Shown here: positions 36,801 through 41,678 of the stretch, one piece after another
Position numbering within the stretch: position 1 is the first letter of the stretch
Layout: every line of letters starts with the position of its first letter
Assembly (NCBI GenBank): GCA_002633005.1
Contig: NMRA01000631.1
Span: forward strand, 197,661 to 239,338
Direction: 5' to 3'
Source of the DNA: Phoronis australis
Lineage: Eukaryota > Animalia > Phoronida
DNA: 41,678 bases
The notes under the pieces: model-generated
Databases searched by the model: none
The model's input: only the letters and a program-made list of their open reading frames with translations
What the model was told of the DNA's origin: nothing
Made by a program: the position numbers and the translations under genes

Positions 36801-39800
36801 GTTCGCATAGCTCCGTTGCAACTCGAACGAATGAATGAAAAAATATCAAAAAAATCCGCACGGCCGAACGACTTATATTGATGCGCGAGAATGCAGTGCA
36901 AACTTTACGAGAAAAAATGTGGNGATAACATTCATGTGACTAGCGAAGAAATCAAATAGAGAGCATACAATCAATTACAATAAAGAACAATAGATGGCGG
37001 AACATCACGGTCCAGTCTGCAGTAGGACAGTGCTGGCTGGGTCAGTCTGGGTCAACTAGGCTTAATCAAAATAAAGTGAACTGAAAGCCAGCCAGCTGCG
37101 TCCTATAATAGGTGACCGAAGGAACAACGGCATTCGAAAATCTCAAATAATTCAAAAGTAGACGTTGTAGCGCAAAATGGAAAATATCGTCTGAAAACCC
37201 GTCCACAACTCTACGTACTTTGATAGAGCATACAATCAACTACAATAAAGAACAATAGATGGCGCAACATTACCGACGAGGCATGCTTTGCAGTAGGACA
37301 GTGCTGGCTGGGTCAGTCTGGGTCAACTAGGCATAACCAAAACAAAGTGAGCTGAAAGCCAGCCAGCTGCGTGTGACCGAAGGAACAACGGTAACCGAAA
37401 ATCTCGAATAATTCAAAAAGTAGACGTCGTACCGCAATATGGAAAGTATCTCCTGAAAGCCCATTGAAAACTCTATCTAAAGTGATAGTGTGGCAAAAAT
37501 CAAAAAAATTTTCGAGAAAATTGAAAATTTGCCATTTTTTTTGAAATTCAAAGTCAAATAACTCGAAAACGGTAAGTCTGAGAAATACGCTCTTGCAGAC
37601 TTTTTGAAAGGCATTACTTCAAGGAATCCACATGCAAAAATTCTCGCATTTGCTCTTCCCATAAAAAATTCGACACCAGAGCGATTGAAACCGTGTGAAT
37701 ATGCCCCACAGCCGCCATCTTGAAAGTGACTTCCGGTTCAATAATTTTTTATAAAAGCTTATTAAACTCAACAAACACCTGACCAGTTTGAAAGTGATTG
37801 GTTTGCAAATGCGCCCTCTACAGGAGAAAACGTTTTTAGCCATATTTCGGGGTGCGCATGCGCCACATCCAATATTTCCGCCATCTTTAACCAGAAATCA
37901 ACTATTTCTGCACAATTGTAGCACATGCGTTCTAGTATATTCGTACCGATTTTCAGCTATGTAGGTCGAAAAANCCCTCTACAGGAGAATACGTTTTTAG
38001 CCATATTTCGGGGTGCGCATGCGCCACGTCCAATATTCCCGCCATCTTTATCCGGAAGTCAAAGATTTTCCGCACAGTTGTAGCACATTGGTTCTAGTAT
38101 AATCGTACCGATTTTGAGCCATGTACGTCGAAAAATGCAGCCTCTACCAGTATTTGACTGTGAAATCGGATACAAAATGGCTGCCACGTCCGCCATTTTG
38201 TATCTGATTATGACCAAAAACAATAGCGTTCCAGTAAATCCCAATCTACATGCTGTGTGCAAATTTCGTGAAAATCGGACCAGAATTGCGACCTGTAGAG
38301 AGCGAACAAACAAAAAAAAATGATGACGAAGATGACGAAGATGACGACGATGGTGGTGAGGATGAACAAAAGGAGTAACAATAACGTACACATGACGAAC
38401 GTAGAAGTCCGAAATCAGTAAGAAAAAGGCTACAGTCTTGTGCGACACTTGGCGAAATTAACGGAAAAGACAACGACGGAGATGATGACGAATATGATGA
38501 CGATGATGACGAATATGATGATGGTGGTGGCGATGATGAACAACATCACAACATTCATATGACGAACTTATATGTCATAAATCAATAAGAAATAGGCTAC
38601 AGTCTAGTTCAATAGAAGATAAACCAACATCAATGCAGCAAGAGCGCTCAACAAAGGAACAGCGTTATCAGAAAATCTAAAATAACTCGAAAGTAGACGT
38701 TCTAGCGAAAAATGGAAAACATCTTCTGAAAGCCCGTTCAAAATTCTATATAAACTGATGGTATCCTCTAATTCCGTAAATTTTTCGAAAAAAATGAAAT
38801 TTTGGGTTTTTTTTAAGAAATTCAAAGTCTAATAACTCGAAAACGGTAACTCTGATAAAAAATTGTTACAGGTCATTTGAAAGATTATACTTCAAAGAAT
38901 CTACATGCAAAAAATCACGTCTTTTTCTCTTCCCGTTTAAAATCGCACTCCAGACGATTGAAAATGGGTCAAAAAGAGCCATATCCGCCATCTTGAATGC
39001 AACTTCCGGTTTTTTGGCTTTGTATAATAGCACGTTACAAGAAACTAATACCTGTAAAAATTCGAAGGAATTTGTCTGATAATGCGCCCTCTAGAGGAGA
39101 AAACGTTTTTAAGCCAAAATCGAGGTGCGCATGCGCGATCGCCGATATTTCCGCCACCTTTAGCCGGAAGTAAACAATTTCCGATATACTAGTAGCAAGC
39201 TTCCGGTCCATTTACTGTGCCGATTCTTAGCTTTTTACGTAAAAAATTGTAGCCTCCATAAGCATTTGAACCTTTAAATGGAAACAAAATGGCCGCCATA
39301 GCCGCCATCTTGGATCCGATTTTGACGAAAAACAATAGGCTTCCAGCACTTCCGGAAGTACGTGTTATGTGTAAATTTCGTGATGATCGGACGAAAATTG
39401 CGACCTGTATCGTGCGAACAAACAAACAAAAATTCACGTCATTTGCTCTTCCCATAAAAAATGCGACAATAGAGCGATTGAAACCGTGTGAACATGCCCC
39501 ACAGCCGCCATCTTGGAAGTAACTTCCGGTCCAATAATTTTTTATAAAAGCTTATTAATCTCAACAAACACCTGTCCAGTTTGAAAGTGATTGGTTTGCA
39601 ATTGCGCCCTCTACAGGAGAAAACGTTTTTAGCCATATTTCGGGGTGCGCATGCGCCACGTCCAATATTACCGCAATCTTTAACCGGAAGTCAACGATTT
39701 TCTGCACAATTGTAGCACATGCGTTCTTGTATATTCGTACCGATTTTCAATCATGTAGGTTGAAAAATGTGGCCTCTACAAGCATTTGACTGTGAAATCG

Positions 39801-39955
39801 GATACAAAATGGCCGCCACGTCCGCCATTTTGTATCCGATCATGACCAAAAACAATAGGCTTCCAGGACTTACAGATCTACACGTTGTGTGCANTTTCGT
39901 GAAATTCGGACGAAAATTGCGACCTGTAGAGTGCGAACAAAAAAAAAAAAAAAAC
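33896..39955 (-). mobile_element. Complex tandem/nested array of Helentron-like (HINE-type) modules, interrupted by other sequence and single-N joins
   Basis: Left boundary on the minus strand is a hairpin + CTCGTT terminus (AACGAG-AG-CGCTC-GGAG-GAGCG on plus), with a degenerate second copy at ~35325; repeated AAATTTCGTGA..ATCGGAC..AATTGCGACCTGTA..GCGAACAAA modules (38261, 39373, 39893); GAC/GAT-rich modules; large duplicated blocks (about 35680-36171 vs 38600-39240 and 37640-37970 vs 39430-39770). Confidence 0.65.
36172..36922 (+). mobile_element. hAT-like element terminus inserted into an array module, cut off at the N at 36923
   Basis: Host module (uninterrupted at ~39200-39245) breaks after CCGATTCTTAGCCTTCTACG; insert begins CAGGGACTCATCTAG with multiple GACGGC/GCCGTC subterminal repeats. 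Confidence 0.6.
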
Positions 39956-41678
39956 TTGACGACAGAGCAACATACAAGTAAAAAGAGCTGAATGAAAGAA
40001 AAGAGGAAATCAAAACCAAAAAATCCTGATTAAAGGAGAAAATTCCAAGCCCTGTTGAATGTGCTTGTGAACATACTACAAGTGGGATTTTTATATATTG
40101 ATTAATAGAGATTTACACTAATGTGATACAAATACAATTACTCTGAGAGTGAATCACTAGATATGGGTACAACACTGAGACAAAATTAATGTGAATTGAA
40201 AGATCTATTTACAATAGAATGAACAAATAAAACGAACAAATAAACAGGCAGAAACAGGCTATAAGTATGAGGCTGCTATGTAATTAACATTTAATTTCCC
40301 TTGTATATATGAAAGTGAATGCAATACCAATTCCAACAAAATTGAAATCTAAGTTAAGTTGATTGAAACAATAAAGCATATGAATCACGTTGATTATTAT
40401 GTAAGGGGAAATGGTGGTGAAATCGAAAGACGGAAATCATATTGTAACAGCCTGAGGGTAAAGAATAGCGACATATTTTGTGTGGTTCAATAATGGGATT
40501 TATAATGCCCATTCCATGCACTGAACTACGTAGGCAACTGGCAATTTGCAAAACACATACAGCCCAGCGTGGGTAACCTGCAAACCATGAAGAAAGTATT
40601 TGTATATTAAACAAGTTTCCTAGTTATCTTAAGTCCATATCTTGAACTGAGGGGCAAAAAATAAAATCTGTGATCGCTTTCATGAAGAAAACCTATCTGG
40701 TCACGTTTAGACATAAAAAATAATATGCAATCACTTACCATCTGCACATACCAGGCTATCAAAAACATCTACATTGAACAAGCAAAAAATCGGCAAACAT
40801 ACAGATTGGTCACATTTCTATCCACTGAGTCTATGCTTTACAATCCACTTACATTGAATGCCATTCGTGCCACAGTAAAAAATGGTTTTCATCAGACATC
40901 AATTTACTGACATCAAGTTTTTCAAGCTATGCACCCCACAATTTAATTAAAAACAACAAGTCAGAGTCCTGCACAAGTCTACAAGAAATGATGAGTGAAA
41001 ACAAAAATGGAGGTGAGTCGAAAGAATTCCGAAAGTAACTAGTTAAGAACTTGAAAAGTCATAGTTTGTGAGAAGAAATTAAGAAGACAATGGATATATT
41101 TGTGGAGTGTCATTTATTTTCAATCTTCTACAAGTGTCATACTCCAGTGATTCAAAAATTCGTAATTTGTGTAGTCACAGATTGTCGTGATAAGACATTG
41201 TATGACAGAGCCCATCAAAGCCACACAAGTATATCTAGGTCAGTTCAGTTTTATCATCACCCTAACCCTGATGCATACACTCATTGGATTGGCATGCTTT
41301 AAATAACCAGGTCATCAAATATTCTAAGTAAATCAATTCAAATACTGGACATTGTTTGTACAATGTTACCACCTGTAAAATGGGAACTTCCATTTTACTA
41401 CCATTAAATTTTTGTGTTAGCTATTGTACGCAAGCACAATTATTTCACAAACAGATTGATTTTAAAAATACCCTATTTCTAAAATATCAACCATTTACTA
41501 GCGATTGTCCGAAACAATTTCTGAATGCTTTTAGTATTATATGATGTACACAATAGTAAATTCACCTGTGGAAGAGACGTTGGACTGCAAACGGTCTCTC
41601 AGTTGTCACAGGTAACTTCCATGTTTTTATTGGAAAAATATTTTTAACCCATGCATGCCTGGTTATGTGTGCTCATAC

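Noticed and set aside
38059-39991. ORFs containing KMAATSAIL / KMAAMAAIL and poly-His or poly-Ser tracts
   Set aside because: They are translations of the YY1-like AAAATGGCCGCC...CGCCATTTT palindromes and GAC/GAT microsatellites within the repeat array.
1-41678. tRNA, rRNA or other structured RNA genes; prokaryotic or viral systems
   Set aside because: No cloverleaf, rRNA-like or long-ORF signal seen by eye; tRNAscan-SE and Infernal would be needed to exclude small ncRNAs.

Overview
Eukaryotic (animal, probably invertebrate; species not determinable) AT-rich genomic DNA that is almost entirely intronic. It contains two short + strand coding exons (11058-11119 and 14176-14249) of an MTSS1/MIM-family I-BAR (IMD) gene. 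I could not find the first coding exon or the next downstream exon, so they probably lie outside the window. The introns are full of non-autonomous DNA transposons (hAT-like, PIF/Harbinger-like, Tc1/mariner-pogo-like, Merlin-like), several of them nested, plus Helentron-type (HINE/DINE-like) elements, minisatellites, short local duplications and one assembly gap. Apart from one transposon-borne remnant, the supplied ORFs look non-coding. Most notable: (i) a ~90-bp cassette of CTCF-like + NRF1 + YY1 + ETS motifs repeated five times in a Helentron-like array at 33.9-40 kb; (ii) a HINE whose core repeats each carry a CTCF-type motif; (iii) a TIR element carrying a decayed HIRAN-like gene; (iv) inverted MITE pairs bracketing the two exons. 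All family assignments come from visual pattern recognition, not database searches.
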